50,778 nucleotides of DNA from an uncultured Gemmatimonadota bacterium (GCA_964613475.1 CAZTGV010000006.1:1-50778), one strand, 5' to 3'; positions 17,845-27,609 are shown, counted from the first letter of the stretch. The notes: generated by a model not told the origin, from the sequence alone. Made by a program: numbers and translations.

Positions 17845-19518
17845 ATGGAGCCCCCTTCAGAGCGCGAGATCCTCCCCGCCCGCTTCCAGCTCGACCTGCC
17901 GCTCGACCGCCTGCTGGTGGAGGAGCCGCCCGGCGAGGAAGCGGTGCCGCTGGACGTGTGCATCGTGGGCGGCGGGCCCGCCGGCCTGGCGACGGCGATC
18001 GAGCTGGCGCGGCTGCAGGAGGAGCGGGGTGGGGCCGGGGAGGGCGGCGCGCCGCTGGAGATCGGCGTGCTGGAGAAGGCGGCGAGCCTTGGCGAGCACT
18101 GCCTCTCCGGCGCGGTGGTGAACCCCGGGCCGTTCCGTGCCCTGTTTCCGGAGGTGGACGAGGCGGAGCTCCCCTTCCGGGGCGCCGTCCCCCGCGACCG
18201 CGTGTACCTGCTCACCGAGCGCGGCAAGGTCCGGCTCCCGGCGCCGCCGACCATGCGCAATCACGGGAACCGGATCGCCTCGATCTGCGAGATCGTCCGC
18301 TGGATGGGCCAGCGCGCGGAGGAGCGGGGCGTAAACGTGTTCACCGGCTTTCCGGCCGACGCCCTTCTCCTGCAGGGCGGGGCGGTGGCCGGCGTGCGCA
18401 CCACGCCGGCGGGGCTGGGGCGCGACCGGGAGCCGGGCTCCGGCTACATGCCGCCCACCGACCTCGCCGCCCGGGTGACGGTGCTCGCCGAGGGCACCCG
18501 CGGGGCGCTGACCCAGGCGTGGCAGCGGCGGGAGGGGATCGGGGGCCGGAACCCTCAGATCTACGCCCTGGGCGTGAAGGAGCTGTGGCGCGTGCCCCGG
18601 GCACCCGAGGCGGTCATCCATACGCTCGGGTGGCCCCTTCCGCCCGACGCCTTCGGCGGGAGCTGGATCTATCCGATGGCGGAGGACCTCGTCTCCTTCG
18701 GCCTGGTGGTCGGGCTCGACTACCGACAGCGGGACCTCGACGTGCACCTTCTGCTCCAGCGGCTCAAGTCGCACCCGCTGCTCGCCGGGCTCCTGGAGGG
18801 CGGCGAGCTGGAGGAGTGGGGCGGAAAGACGATCCCCGAGGGCGGGTACTGGTCGCTCCCGGAGCGGCTGCACGGGGACGGGGTCGTGGTGGTCGGGGAC
18901 GCGGCAGGCTTCGTGGACGTCGCCTCCCTGAAAGGCATCCACTACGCCGTGCAGTCCGGGATCCTGGCCGCGCGGGCGATCGACGCGGCCCTGCGCGACG
19001 GGGGCGAGGCCTCGGCGGACGCGCTGGCCGGATACGACCGGAGCGTGCGCGAGAGCTTCATCGTCCGCGACCTGCGGCGGACGCGGAACATGCGGCTCGC
19101 CTTCCGGGACGGCCTCTACCGCGGCGGGGTGAAGGCGGGCCTGATGCAGCTCACCGGCGGGCGGCTCCTCGGCGGGCACATGGCGCTGGAGGCCGACGCG
19201 GCCGTCCCGCGGGAACCCGGCGCGCCGCCCGCGCAGGCCGAGCGGGAGGCGGAGGGCCTGTCCAAGGAGGACGCGGTCTTCCGCTCCGGCAACGCCACGC
19301 GCGACGACATCCCGTCCCATCTCGTCCCGGGCGATGAGATCCCGGCGGGGGTCGCGCGCTTTTACGAGCACATGTGCCCGGCCGCGGTCTACGAGTGGCG
19401 CGACGACCGGCTGGTCGTGAACGCGCCCAACTGCATCGACTGCAAGGCGACCGACGTGCTGGGTCCGCGCTGGACGCCGCGGGAAGGCGGCAGCGGGCCG
19501 GCGTACAAGCGCATGTAG
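17845..19518 (+). CDS. Electron transfer flavoprotein-quinone oxidoreductase (FixC/FixX-type fusion)
   Basis: GGGPAG FAD motif, GVKELW, KTIPEGG, LKGIHYA; C-terminal CPAAVYE..NCIDCKAT..PREGGSGP Fe-S region. Confidence 0.92.
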   Translation: MEPPSEREILPARFQLDLPLDRLLVEEPPGEEAVPLDVCIVGGGPAGLATAIELARLQEERGGAGEGGAPLEIGVLEKAASLGEHCLSGAVVNPGPFRALFPEVDEAELPFRGAVPRDRVYLLTERGKVRLPAPPTMRNHGNRIASICEIVRWMGQRAEERGVNVFTGFPADALLLQGGAVAGVRTTPAGLGRDREPGSGYMPPTDLAARVTVLAEGTRGALTQAWQRREGIGGRNPQIYALGVKELWRVPRAPEAVIHTLGWPLPPDAFGGSWIYPMAEDLVSFGLVVGLDYRQRDLDVHLLLQRLKSHPLLAGLLEGGELEEWGGKTIPEGGYWSLPERLHGDGVVVVGDAAGFVDVASLKGIHYAVQSGILAARAIDAALRDGGEASADALAGYDRSVRESFIVRDLRRTRNMRLAFRDGLYRGGVKAGLMQLTGGRLLGGHMALEADAAVPREPGAPPAQAEREAEGLSKEDAVFRSGNATRDDIPSHLVPGDEIPAGVARFYEHMCPAAVYEWRDDRLVVNAPNCIDCKATDVLGPRWTPREGGSGPAYKRM

Positions 19519-19553
19519 CGAGAGCCGCGGCGCCGCGGGAGGAGGGGCGGACC

Positions 19554-20375
19554 ATGGGCGAGCGCTATACGGCCGACCACCGGGGGCGGCTCTTCAACCG
19601 GCTCTGGCCGCTCACCCGCTACCTGATGGGCTACGGCACCGCGCTGTTCGGCCTCCTCCTCTTCTTCGTGCTGAACCGCACCACGGTGATCGGCCGGCGC
19701 CACGTGCCACGGCGGCCCGGGACGCTGCTCCTCGCCAACCACCAATCGATGATCGACAGCTTCCTGATCGGCGTGTGCGCCTATTTCCCGCACGCGCTCC
19801 TCCGGCCGACGCTGATCCCGTGGAACCCGGCGGCCGAGGAGAACTTCTACCGAAACCCGGTGCTCGCCTGGCTTGCCGACCAGTGGAAATGCATCCCGGT
19901 GCGGCCGGGGCGACGGGACCTGAAGGCTCTCTACCGGATGATGCGGGCGCTGGAAGAGGGAACGATGATCCTGTTTCCCGAGGGGACCCGGAGCCGGGAC
20001 GGCGAGGTGGGGCGCGGGCGGCCGGGGGCCGGGCTGGTCGCTCTCGGGACGCACCCGCGGCTCGTCCCGGTGGCGATCGAGGGGATGGGCGACGTCCTGC
20101 CGATCGGCCGGCGTTTCCCCCGGTTCTTCCGCCGCGTGTTCGTCTACTTCGGGCGGCCGGTCGACTACTCGGACTTGATCGGTCGTCCCCGCTCCAAGGA
20201 GACCGCGCAGGAGCTGGTGGATCGCGTCATGGCGCGGGTCCGCCGCCAGCACGCGGCGCTGCGGCGGCTGGCCCGCCGGCGGGACGCGCGGCGCGATGGC
20301 CCACCGCCCCGCGAGCCCCGGCGGCGGCCTGGATCGTCGCCGGGGGCGCTGGACAGGCGCGGCTCCGCGGAGTAG
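19554..20375 (+). CDS. 1-acyl-sn-glycerol-3-phosphate (PlsC-family) acyltransferase
   Basis: NHQSMID (HX4D), FPEGTRS; GGAGG RBS. Confidence 0.9.
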   Translation: MGERYTADHRGRLFNRLWPLTRYLMGYGTALFGLLLFFVLNRTTVIGRRHVPRRPGTLLLANHQSMIDSFLIGVCAYFPHALLRPTLIPWNPAAEENFYRNPVLAWLADQWKCIPVRPGRRDLKALYRMMRALEEGTMILFPEGTRSRDGEVGRGRPGAGLVALGTHPRLVPVAIEGMGDVLPIGRRFPRFFRRVFVYFGRPVDYSDLIGRPRSKETAQELVDRVMARVRRQHAALRRLARRRDARRDGPPPREPRRRPGSSPGALDRRGSAE

Positions 20376-20464
20376 GCTTCCGCGGACGAAGCGGCCCCCG
20401 GCGCGGGCTTCCGCGGACGCGGGCCCCGGCGCGGGCTTCCGGGAACGACGCGCCCCGCGGCGGG
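20375..20464. repeat. Three imperfect ~28-31 bp tandem repeats
   Basis: Units begin GGCTTCCG at 20375, 20406 and 20434, each followed by a ..CCCCG..GCG.. segment. Confidence 0.6.
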
Positions 20465-20493
20465 GAACGGACCGATCACGGGAAGGGACGCGC

Positions 20494-20613
20494 ATGTACT
20501 TTCTCTTTGTCACCCTCCTGCTCGCGCTCTCGATCGTCGGGCTGGCCGTCGGGTTCGCTTTCGGCTGCCGCCTTCCCGACCTTCCCGAGCGGCGGCGCCC
20601 CCCACGCCCGTAG
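20494..20613 (+). CDS. 39-aa single-TM small protein
   Basis: GGAAGGGA RBS; MYFLFVTLLLALSIVGLAVGFAFGCRLPDLPERRRPPRP. Confidence 0.55.
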   Translation: MYFLFVTLLLALSIVGLAVGFAFGCRLPDLPERRRPPRP

Positions 20614-20720
20614 CGCCCCCCGGCGGGCCGCCCCGACTTCCGATCGAGCCCACCGCGCCATAAGTTGGTCGCACCGCGCAGGCCTCCGGCCTGGATCTTC
20701 CACTCCAGCTCGAGGTGGTC

Positions 20721-20972
20721 ATGACGAAGCATTTCCGCGATGAGGACGGACGCCGCTGGAAGGCCTGGCTCGCTTCCCGGGACGTGTTCTGGCCCGATCC
20801 CGAGGAGAGCGTGCCGGAGCCCGGCCTCGAGTCGGTCCTCTTCGTGTGCTTTTCCGATCCGCATCAGCCGCAGCGACGCGTCCGGCTCCCGTCGGGATCC
20901 TTCGAGTCGCTGACGGTGGAGGACCTCAAGGACCGCTTCCTCGAAGCGACGATCGACCCAGCGATCCGATAG
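20721..20972 (+). CDS. Small hypothetical protein
   Basis: GAGGTGG RBS; FRDEDGRRWKAW..LFVCF..LESLTVEDL globular pattern; high GC3. Confidence 0.72.
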   Translation: MTKHFRDEDGRRWKAWLASRDVFWPDPEESVPEPGLESVLFVCFSDPHQPQRRVRLPSGSFESLTVEDLKDRFLEATIDPAIR

Positions 20973-21028
20973 CGGCCCACCGCGGACCGGGTCGCCGCAG
21001 GCATAGAAAGACACCAGAAAGGCGTCCG

Positions 21029-22156
21029 ATGGTGGAACAGATCATGGCGAAGGGTCTCGAGGGCGTCGTGGCCTCCGAGTCTTCGCTGAGCTTCATCGAC
21101 GGACAGGAGGGGGTCCTCCTGTACCGCGGCTACAGCATCCACGACCTGGCCCGCCACGCCGGCTTCGTCGAGACGGTCTTCCTCCTGTGGAACGACCGCC
21201 TGCCGACGCGCGCCGAGCTGGACGCGTTCGAGCGCGAGCTGGCCGTGGAGCGGGCGCTGGATGACCGGCTGCTCGAGACGCTGGCGCGCCTTCCGACCGG
21301 CGCCCATCCGATGGCGGTGCTGCGCACGGGCGTCTCGGCGGTCGGCGCCTACGATCCGGAGGCGGAGGACCCGTCCCCCGAGGCGAGCCGTCGGAAGGGC
21401 GTGCGCCTGGTCGCGAAGCTCCCGACGATCATCGCCGCCTTCGAGCGTCTGCGGAACGGCGCGGAGCCGGTGGCGCCGGACCCGGAGCTCTCCCACGGCG
21501 GCAACTTCCTCTACATGGTCAGCGGCGAACGGCCGGAGGAGACGGCCGCCCGCGCGCTGGACACCACCCTGTTGCTCTACCTGGACCACGGCCTGAACGC
21601 CTCCACCTTCACCTGCCGGGTCATCGCCTCCACCCTGTCGGACATGCACTCGGCGATCACCGGCGGCATCGGGGCGCTCAAGGGCGCGCTGCACGGCGGC
21701 GCCAACGCGAAGGCGATGGAGATGCTGCTCGAGATCGGCGAGCCGGAGCGGGCCGAGGAGTACGTGGATCGGGCGCTGGCGGAGAAGCGCAAGATCATGG
21801 GGTTCGGTCACCGGGTCTACAAGACGGAGGACCCGCGGGCCACGCACCTGCGGCGCATGTCCGAGGAGCTGGGCCGGGCGCGGGGCGACACGAAATGGTA
21901 CGAGATCTCCCGCCGCCTCGAGGACGTGATGCGGGAGCGGAAGGGGCTCGACCCGAACGTCGACTTCTACTGCGCGTCCGTCTACTACGCGCTCGGGCTG
22001 CCGATCGACCTCTACACGCCCCTGTTCGCCGCCGGCCGGATCGGCGGCTGGACCGCGCACGTGATGGAGCAGCAGGCGGACAACCGGCTGATCCGGCCGC
22101 GGGCCGAGTACGTGGGGCAAAAGGACCGGGAGTTCGTGCCGATCGAGCGCCGTTGA
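21029..22156 (+). CDS. gltA: Citrate synthase (citrate/2-methylcitrate family)
   Basis: KGLEGVV, YRGY, DHGLNASTF, LHGGAN, GFGHRVYK, PNVDF; alternative start 21044. Confidence 0.92.
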   Translation: MVEQIMAKGLEGVVASESSLSFIDGQEGVLLYRGYSIHDLARHAGFVETVFLLWNDRLPTRAELDAFERELAVERALDDRLLETLARLPTGAHPMAVLRTGVSAVGAYDPEAEDPSPEASRRKGVRLVAKLPTIIAAFERLRNGAEPVAPDPELSHGGNFLYMVSGERPEETAARALDTTLLLYLDHGLNASTFTCRVIASTLSDMHSAITGGIGALKGALHGGANAKAMEMLLEIGEPERAEEYVDRALAEKRKIMGFGHRVYKTEDPRATHLRRMSEELGRARGDTKWYEISRRLEDVMRERKGLDPNVDFYCASVYYALGLPIDLYTPLFAAGRIGGWTAHVMEQQADNRLIRPRAEYVGQKDREFVPIERR

Positions 22157-22259
22157 GGGGCTCGTCGGCGGGGACCGCCCGCCGGTCGCGTGGTGCCTGG
22201 GGGGCGGGTCGGACGGCCCGCCCCTCGTCGCATCCGGCCGAGGACGCCGGAGGAGGGCG

Positions 22260-23792
22260 GTGAGCGAGATCCGGGAGATTCGGGCGCGGGCGGGCGCGCC
22301 CGAGGCCGGCGAGCTCGACCTGGTCGCGGTGCCGCTGGCGCCGGAGGCGGCGCGCGGCGGCGAAGAGCTCCGGGCCGGGGACCCGCGCCTGGACCCCGCG
22401 GCGGCGGCGGCGCTGCGGCGCATGCTCACCGCCGGCGCGTTCCGGGCCGAGGCGGGCGAGACGCGGGTGGTGGCCGCGGGGGCGGAAGGCCGACCGGACT
22501 TGCTGGCGGTGGGCACGGGCGACTCGGACCCGGCCTCGCCGATCGCGCTCCGGCGGGCGGCGGGGGTGGCGATGCGCGCCGCCCGGCGCCAGCGGGCCCG
22601 GCGGCTCGGCTTCGTCCTCCCGGACGCCGGACCCGAGGATGGGGGCCGTGAAGACTGGGCGGAGCGGGTCCAGGCCGCGGTCGAGGGGCTCGCCCTCGGC
22701 GACTGGTCCTACGACGCGCTCCGGGGCGAGGCGGCCCGGGAACGCCGGCCGCCCCCGCCCGAGGCGGCCGTTCTCCTGCTGGCCGAGGCGGCGCCCCCCA
22801 CCGCGGCACTCGAGCCGGCCCTGGCGCGCGGACGCATCCTGGCCGAGGTCCAGAACCGGACCCGCGACCTGGTGGCCCAGCCGGGCAACGTCGTCACCCC
22901 CCGCCACCTCGCCAACGTCGCCGAGGGCCTCGCCGAGCGCTGGGGGCTCCGGGCGCAGGCGTGGGGGCCGGAGAAGCTGCGGAGCGAGGGCCTCGGCGCC
23001 CTGCTGGCGGTCTCCCGCGGATCCGTGGAGGAGCCCCGGTTCGTGATCGTCGAGCACGCCGGCGCCGAGGGCCCGCCGGTGGCGCTGGTCGGGAAGGGGG
23101 TGACCTTCGACAGCGGGGGCATCTCCATCAAGCCGTCTTCCGGCATGGAGTCGATGAAGTACGACATGGCCGGCGCGGCGGCGGTGCTCGGGGCGCTGGA
23201 GGCCGCGGCGCGGCTGGAGGTGCCCCGGCGGGTGGTGGGGCTGATCCCCGCGACCGAGAACCTGCCGTCCGGGAGCGCGCTGAAGCCCGGGGACGTGATC
23301 CGCGGGCTCTCCGGCCGCTCGATCGAAGTCGTGAACACCGACGCCGAAGGCCGCCTCATCCTCTCCGACGCGCTCACCTTCGCCCGGCGGCTCGAGCCCC
23401 GCGCGATCGTGGACCTCGCCACCCTGACCGGCGGCTGCGTGGTCGCCCTCGGCCATCACGCGATCGGCCTGATGTCGCCGGACGATGCGTTGGCCACCGC
23501 CCTGGAGGCGGCCGGCGAACGCGTCGACGAGCGGGCGTGGCGGCTCCCGCTTTGGACGGAGTACCGGAAGCAGCTGGACTCGGAGATCGCCGACCTCAAG
23601 AACACCGGCGGACGGGAGGCCAGCCCGATCACCGCCGGCTGGTTCCTCCGGACCTTCGTGGAGGGGACGTCGTGGGCCCACCTGGACATCGCGGGGACCG
23701 CCTGGTCCGAGGAGGAGCGGGGCTGGCAGCCGAAGGGCGCGACGGGCGTGGGTGTACGCCTCCTGCTGGAGTGGCTGCGGCACGAGTCCTGA
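22260..23792 (+). CDS. pepA: Leucyl aminopeptidase (M17)
   Basis: VGKGVTFDSGG, MKYDMAG, NTDAEGRL, DLATLTG, HLDIAG. Confidence 0.95.
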   Translation: MSEIREIRARAGAPEAGELDLVAVPLAPEAARGGEELRAGDPRLDPAAAAALRRMLTAGAFRAEAGETRVVAAGAEGRPDLLAVGTGDSDPASPIALRRAAGVAMRAARRQRARRLGFVLPDAGPEDGGREDWAERVQAAVEGLALGDWSYDALRGEAARERRPPPPEAAVLLLAEAAPPTAALEPALARGRILAEVQNRTRDLVAQPGNVVTPRHLANVAEGLAERWGLRAQAWGPEKLRSEGLGALLAVSRGSVEEPRFVIVEHAGAEGPPVALVGKGVTFDSGGISIKPSSGMESMKYDMAGAAAVLGALEAAARLEVPRRVVGLIPATENLPSGSALKPGDVIRGLSGRSIEVVNTDAEGRLILSDALTFARRLEPRAIVDLATLTGGCVVALGHHAIGLMSPDDALATALEAAGERVDERAWRLPLWTEYRKQLDSEIADLKNTGGREASPITAGWFLRTFVEGTSWAHLDIAGTAWSEEERGWQPKGATGVGVRLLLEWLRHES

Positions 23793-25585
23793 CCGCCCTG
23801 TGCTGGGCGGCGCTGCTCCCGGCGGGGGCTGCCGCCCAGGAGCCGCCCACCGCGGACCCGCCGCTTCCGGCGGCCGACACGCTGCGGCCCGACACGGTGC
23901 GGGCCGACACGCTACCGCCGCCGCGGTTGCCGGGGCTGGACCGACGGCCGCCCGGCGAGGCGCGCCCGGCGCCGGCCTTCCCCGCGCCCCTCGTCTCGCC
24001 CGCTCCCTCCTACGCGGTGCGGACCTGCGACCGCGCGTGCCTGCTGGACGCGCCCTGGCTCACCCTCGCCGAGGTGGTCGAGGCGCTGGCGCCCGGCGTC
24101 GCCATGGTCCGCGGCGGCTGGTTCGGCGGCCCCCACTACGCGACGCGGGGACTGGCCGGGCCGGCCGGCGTGCGACTGGTGGTGGACGGTCGCGAGGTGC
24201 CGCCGATCGAGTCGGCCCAGGCGGACCTGGCGCGCATTCCACTCGTCCATCTCGAGCGCGTGCGGGTGGTGCGCGCGGCGGCTGGTCTGCGAGTGGAGGT
24301 CGCCACCCGCCGCCACGAGCTCCCAGTCGCCTACTCCCGGATCGACGCCGCGTCCGCCCAGCCGAGCGGCGAGATCCTGCGGGGGATCTTCACGAACCGG
24401 TGGGGCCGCGACCTTCGGGCGGGCGTCGCCTTCGACCTGCTCGACGTGGTGGACGGCCTCGGCTCCACGGACCGCTTCGACTTCTGGGGCCGTCTGGGGT
24501 GGGTGCCCACCGCCGCGGCGGGGCTCGAGCTCGAATACCGCAGCGGTTCGCTGTCGCGCGCGGCCGCCGACACGGTCGAGACGGACCTGCGCGAGCTGCT
24601 GCTGCGGGCCCGGGTGGAGGTCGGGCCCGCCGTGCGGCTGGAGGCGCTGGCGGGGCGCACGGCGCTGGAGGTGGACGGGGAGGAGGTCGCCGAGGTGCGG
24701 GAGATCGGCGTCGCGCTGGGGGCGCGGCTCGGCGAGGCCGAGCTGTCCGGGGGGGGGCGGCTGTACGACGGTCCCGGGTCGCCGAACACCGTCCTCGAGC
24801 TCGCCGCCGCGGCGCCGGTGGCGGGGCCGCTGCGGCTGCACGGCCGCGGCGAGCTCTCGGCCTGGCCCTCCTTCGTGGCCGGGGAGGGGACGCTGGGGGC
24901 GACCCTGGCCACCCCCGTGCTGCCGCTGCTCCTCCACCTCGAGGGCGCGGCCGGGCGCCGCGGCGTTCCCCGTCCGGCCGAGGACGCGGCGGACAGCGCC
25001 TCCTTCGCCGCGGTGACCGGGGGCGTGGACGTCACGCTCGGGGCGCACACCCTGTGGGGTCGGCTCGCCCGCGAGCGGACGGAGCGGCGGCTGCCCTTCG
25101 GCGCCGCGTTCGATGCGGCCCTCCCGCCCGGTCCGGAGGCCGAGATCACCGCCTGGGAGGTGGGCGCCGCGGGCCCCGCCTTTCCCGTGTCGGCCCTCGT
25201 GCCGGGTCTGGCGCCGATCCGGGCCGAGGCGTGGTGGCGGGAGCAGCGGCCGGTGGACGGCTCGTCGCCGCTCTACGTGCCACCGCGCCTGGCGGCCCTG
25301 CGGCTGCTCTGGGTGGACCGCTTCTTCGAGGAGAACCTGGAGCTGCGGCTCGCGGCGCGCCTCGCCTACGCGACCTCCACCCGCTCGGCGGCCTCCGGCT
25401 CTCCCGAGCCGGTGCTCCTGCCCGTCCGCAGCTGGTGGGACCTGGACGTCCAGTTCCGGATCGCCGACTTCCGCTTCTTCTGGAAGGTGCTGAACCCGGC
25501 CGGGCTCCGGGTCGAGGAGGTGGCCGACGTACCGCTCCCGCGCCAGACGAACGTGTTCGGGATCCGGTGGGAGTTCTTCAACTAG
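23771..25585 (+). CDS. TonB-dependent receptor-like outer membrane protein (plug plus beta-barrel)
   Basis: Signal peptide ending AAA-Q, DT-rich linker, plug-like RLVVDGRE..LERVRV, terminal FGIRWEFFN; start uncertain. Confidence 0.7.
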   Translation: MAAARVLTALCWAALLPAGAAAQEPPTADPPLPAADTLRPDTVRADTLPPPRLPGLDRRPPGEARPAPAFPAPLVSPAPSYAVRTCDRACLLDAPWLTLAEVVEALAPGVAMVRGGWFGGPHYATRGLAGPAGVRLVVDGREVPPIESAQADLARIPLVHLERVRVVRAAAGLRVEVATRRHELPVAYSRIDAASAQPSGEILRGIFTNRWGRDLRAGVAFDLLDVVDGLGSTDRFDFWGRLGWVPTAAAGLELEYRSGSLSRAAADTVETDLRELLLRARVEVGPAVRLEALAGRTALEVDGEEVAEVREIGVALGARLGEAELSGGGRLYDGPGSPNTVLELAAAAPVAGPLRLHGRGELSAWPSFVAGEGTLGATLATPVLPLLLHLEGAAGRRGVPRPAEDAADSASFAAVTGGVDVTLGAHTLWGRLARERTERRLPFGAAFDAALPPGPEAEITAWEVGAAGPAFPVSALVPGLAPIRAEAWWREQRPVDGSSPLYVPPRLAALRLLWVDRFFEENLELRLAARLAYATSTRSAASGSPEPVLLPVRSWWDLDVQFRIADFRFFWKVLNPAGLRVEEVADVPLPRQTNVFGIRWEFFN

Positions 25586-25599
25586 TCTATATATTGTGA
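25584..25599. promoter_or_regulatory. NrdR-box-like palindrome
   Basis: AGT-CTATATATTG-TGA; the core matches consensus acaCwAtATaTwGtgt; lies in an AT-rich island. Confidence 0.5.
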
Positions 25600-25653
25600 A
25601 TATAATAGGATACCGCGTGTTATATGATGTTGTTTGTCAAAGAAGGCGGTCGT

Positions 25654-25683
25654 TTGACGCCGCCGCGCCCGGGCCCGTATGAT
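25654..25683 (+). promoter_or_regulatory. Sigma-70-type promoter for the yicC operon
   Basis: TTGACG-18 nt-TATGAT, ~40 nt upstream of the yicC ATG. Confidence 0.6.
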
Positions 25684-25722
25684 CCGGCCCTCCGGCGGCG
25701 ACTCTGGAGGGCGGGGGGGCCC

Positions 25723-26607
25723 ATGATCCGCAGCATGACGGGGTTCGGAACCGGGGGCGCGGACACGGAGCGGGGTGAGGTGCGGGCCGAGCTCCGGTCG
25801 GTGAACTCGCGGCATCTGAAGCTCTCGCTGCGCCTTCCGGAGCGCGCCGCCGGCTGGGAGGCGGAGCTGCGCGCGCTCCTGGTGGCGCGGCTCGGGCGGG
25901 GGCAGGTGGACGTGCGGGTGAGCGTCTCGGAGGCCGGCGAGGAGGAGGCGTCCTGGGAGCTGGACGAGCCGCGGGTGCGCGGCTACCTGGCGGCGATCCG
26001 GACCCTGCGGGAGAAGTACAACCTGCCCGGCCAGCTGGACCTCGGGCTGGTGCTCGGCACGGGCGACCTCCTCCGGGAGGTCCCGCGGGACCCCGCGCCG
26101 TGGCTGGAGCTCGAGCACGTGCGGGAGGCGCTGGAGGCCGCGCTCGAGGGGCTGCTGGAGATGCGGGAGGCCGAAGGGGCGCGGCTCGAGGAGGACCTGC
26201 GGGCGCGCGCCGCGGCGATCCGGGACGGGGTGGACGAGGTCGAGCGGCTCGCCCCGGAGCGGCTGTCGCGCGAGCGTGAGCGGCTCCGCGCCGCGGTGCG
26301 CGAGCTCGCCGAAGGGCTGGAGGCGGACCAGGAGCGGCTCGAGCGGGAGATCGCGCTTCTGGCCGACAAGTGGGACATCGGCGAGGAGGCGGTGCGGACC
26401 CGCGCCCACCTGGACGCCTTCGGCGACTACCTAGCCGCCCCCGCGGAGGAGCCGGTCGGGAAGCGGCTCGCCTTCCTGGTCCAGGAGCTCCACCGCGAGA
26501 TCAACACAATGGGGGCGAAGGCGAACGATGCGCGGATCTCGCGGGCCGTGGTGGAGATGAAGAACGAGCTCGAGCGGCTGCGGGAGCAGGTGGAGAACGT
26601 GGAGTGA
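25723..26607 (+). CDS. yicC: YicC/YloC family endoribonuclease
   Basis: MIRSMTGFG, RSVNSRHL, GKRLAFLVQELHREINTMGAK, REQVENVE. Confidence 0.95.
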   Translation: MIRSMTGFGTGGADTERGEVRAELRSVNSRHLKLSLRLPERAAGWEAELRALLVARLGRGQVDVRVSVSEAGEEEASWELDEPRVRGYLAAIRTLREKYNLPGQLDLGLVLGTGDLLREVPRDPAPWLELEHVREALEAALEGLLEMREAEGARLEEDLRARAAAIRDGVDEVERLAPERLSRERERLRAAVRELAEGLEADQERLEREIALLADKWDIGEEAVRTRAHLDAFGDYLAAPAEEPVGKRLAFLVQELHREINTMGAKANDARISRAVVEMKNELERLREQVENVE

Positions 26608-26683
26608 GCGCGGAGCGGCGGACGGGCGGGGCCTTCGACACGGCGACCGCGGAGGTGGGGACGGAGCGGGCGGGGCCGCCGGC

Positions 26684-27331
26684 ATGACGGAGCTCCTCGC
26701 CGCGCCGTTCCCCGTCGTGCTGGCCGGACCCTCGGGCTCGGGGAAGACGACCGTCGGCCGCGAGCTCGTCGCCCGCCGCCCGGACGTGGCCTTCTCGATC
26801 TCGGCCACCACGCGCCCGCCGCGACCTGCGGAGCGGGAGGGGGTGGACTACCGCTTCCTCTCGTCCGAGCGGTTCGAGGAGATGGTGCGGGAGGAGGCCT
26901 TCCTGGAGTGGGCCGAAGTGCACGGCCACCGGTACGGGACCCCCCGCGACAACCTGGCACGCGCGCGACGCGACGGGGTACACCTCCTCCTGGACATCGA
27001 CGTCCAGGGCGCCCGGGCGGTCCGGCGCTCGGTGCCGGACGCCCTCACCGTCTTTCTCCTCCCACCCTCCGGCGCGACCGTGGTGGAGCGCCTCCGCGGC
27101 CGTCGGACCGAGGACGATCGGGCGCTCCGGCGCCGGCTGCTCGGCGCCGGCGAAGAGCTTTCCGCGGTCGAGGAGTTCGACTACGTGGTGGTGAACGAGG
27201 ATGTGGAGGCGGCCGTCCGCGCGGTGGCGGAGATCCTGGCGGCCGAGCGGCGCCGTGTGGCGCGGCTCGGCCCGGACGCGCGGGAGCGGGTTCGGTCGCT
27301 GGCGGATGAAATCGAGCGGGCGCTGGGCTAG
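26684..27331 (+). CDS. gmk: Guanylate kinase
   Basis: GPSGSGKTT, SATTRPPR..EGVDY, YGT, LDIDVQGA. Confidence 0.96.
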   Translation: MTELLAAPFPVVLAGPSGSGKTTVGRELVARRPDVAFSISATTRPPRPAEREGVDYRFLSSERFEEMVREEAFLEWAEVHGHRYGTPRDNLARARRDGVHLLLDIDVQGARAVRRSVPDALTVFLLPPSGATVVERLRGRRTEDDRALRRRLLGAGEELSAVEEFDYVVVNEDVEAAVRAVAEILAAERRRVARLGPDARERVRSLADEIERALG

Positions 27332-27376
27332 ATTGCGTCCCTTCTCACCCATCGAAACGAAGACGAGGTTCGCGCG

Positions 27377-27592
27377 ATGAAGGTCTTCACGCCGCAAGAG
27401 GTCGCCAGCTCGGCCGGGAACAAGTACCTGGGCGTCCTGGTGGCGGCCAAGTACGCGCGGGAGCTGAACGCCCTCCCGCTGGAGCGGTCCCCCTACGGGC
27501 CGATCAAGCTCACCACCCTGGCCCTGCGGGCCCTCACCTCCGGAGAGCTCGAGTACCGTCTGGTGAAGAAGCGGAGCGGACCGACCGGCTGA
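27377..27592 (+). CDS. rpoZ: RNA polymerase omega subunit
   Basis: NKYLGVLVAAKYAREL; position between gmk and coaBC. Confidence 0.88.
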   Translation: MKVFTPQEVASSAGNKYLGVLVAAKYARELNALPLERSPYGPIKLTTLALRALTSGELEYRLVKKRSGPTG

Positions 27593-27609
27593 GCCTGGCC
27601 CCCCGCCGC

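Noticed and set aside
20375-20464. Possible mini-CRISPR
   Set aside because: Degenerate units, no unique spacers, no cas genes
25581-25650. dif site or oriC in the AT-rich island
   Set aside because: No XerD arm (TTATGTTAAA-like) and no DnaA boxes (TTATCCACA) seen
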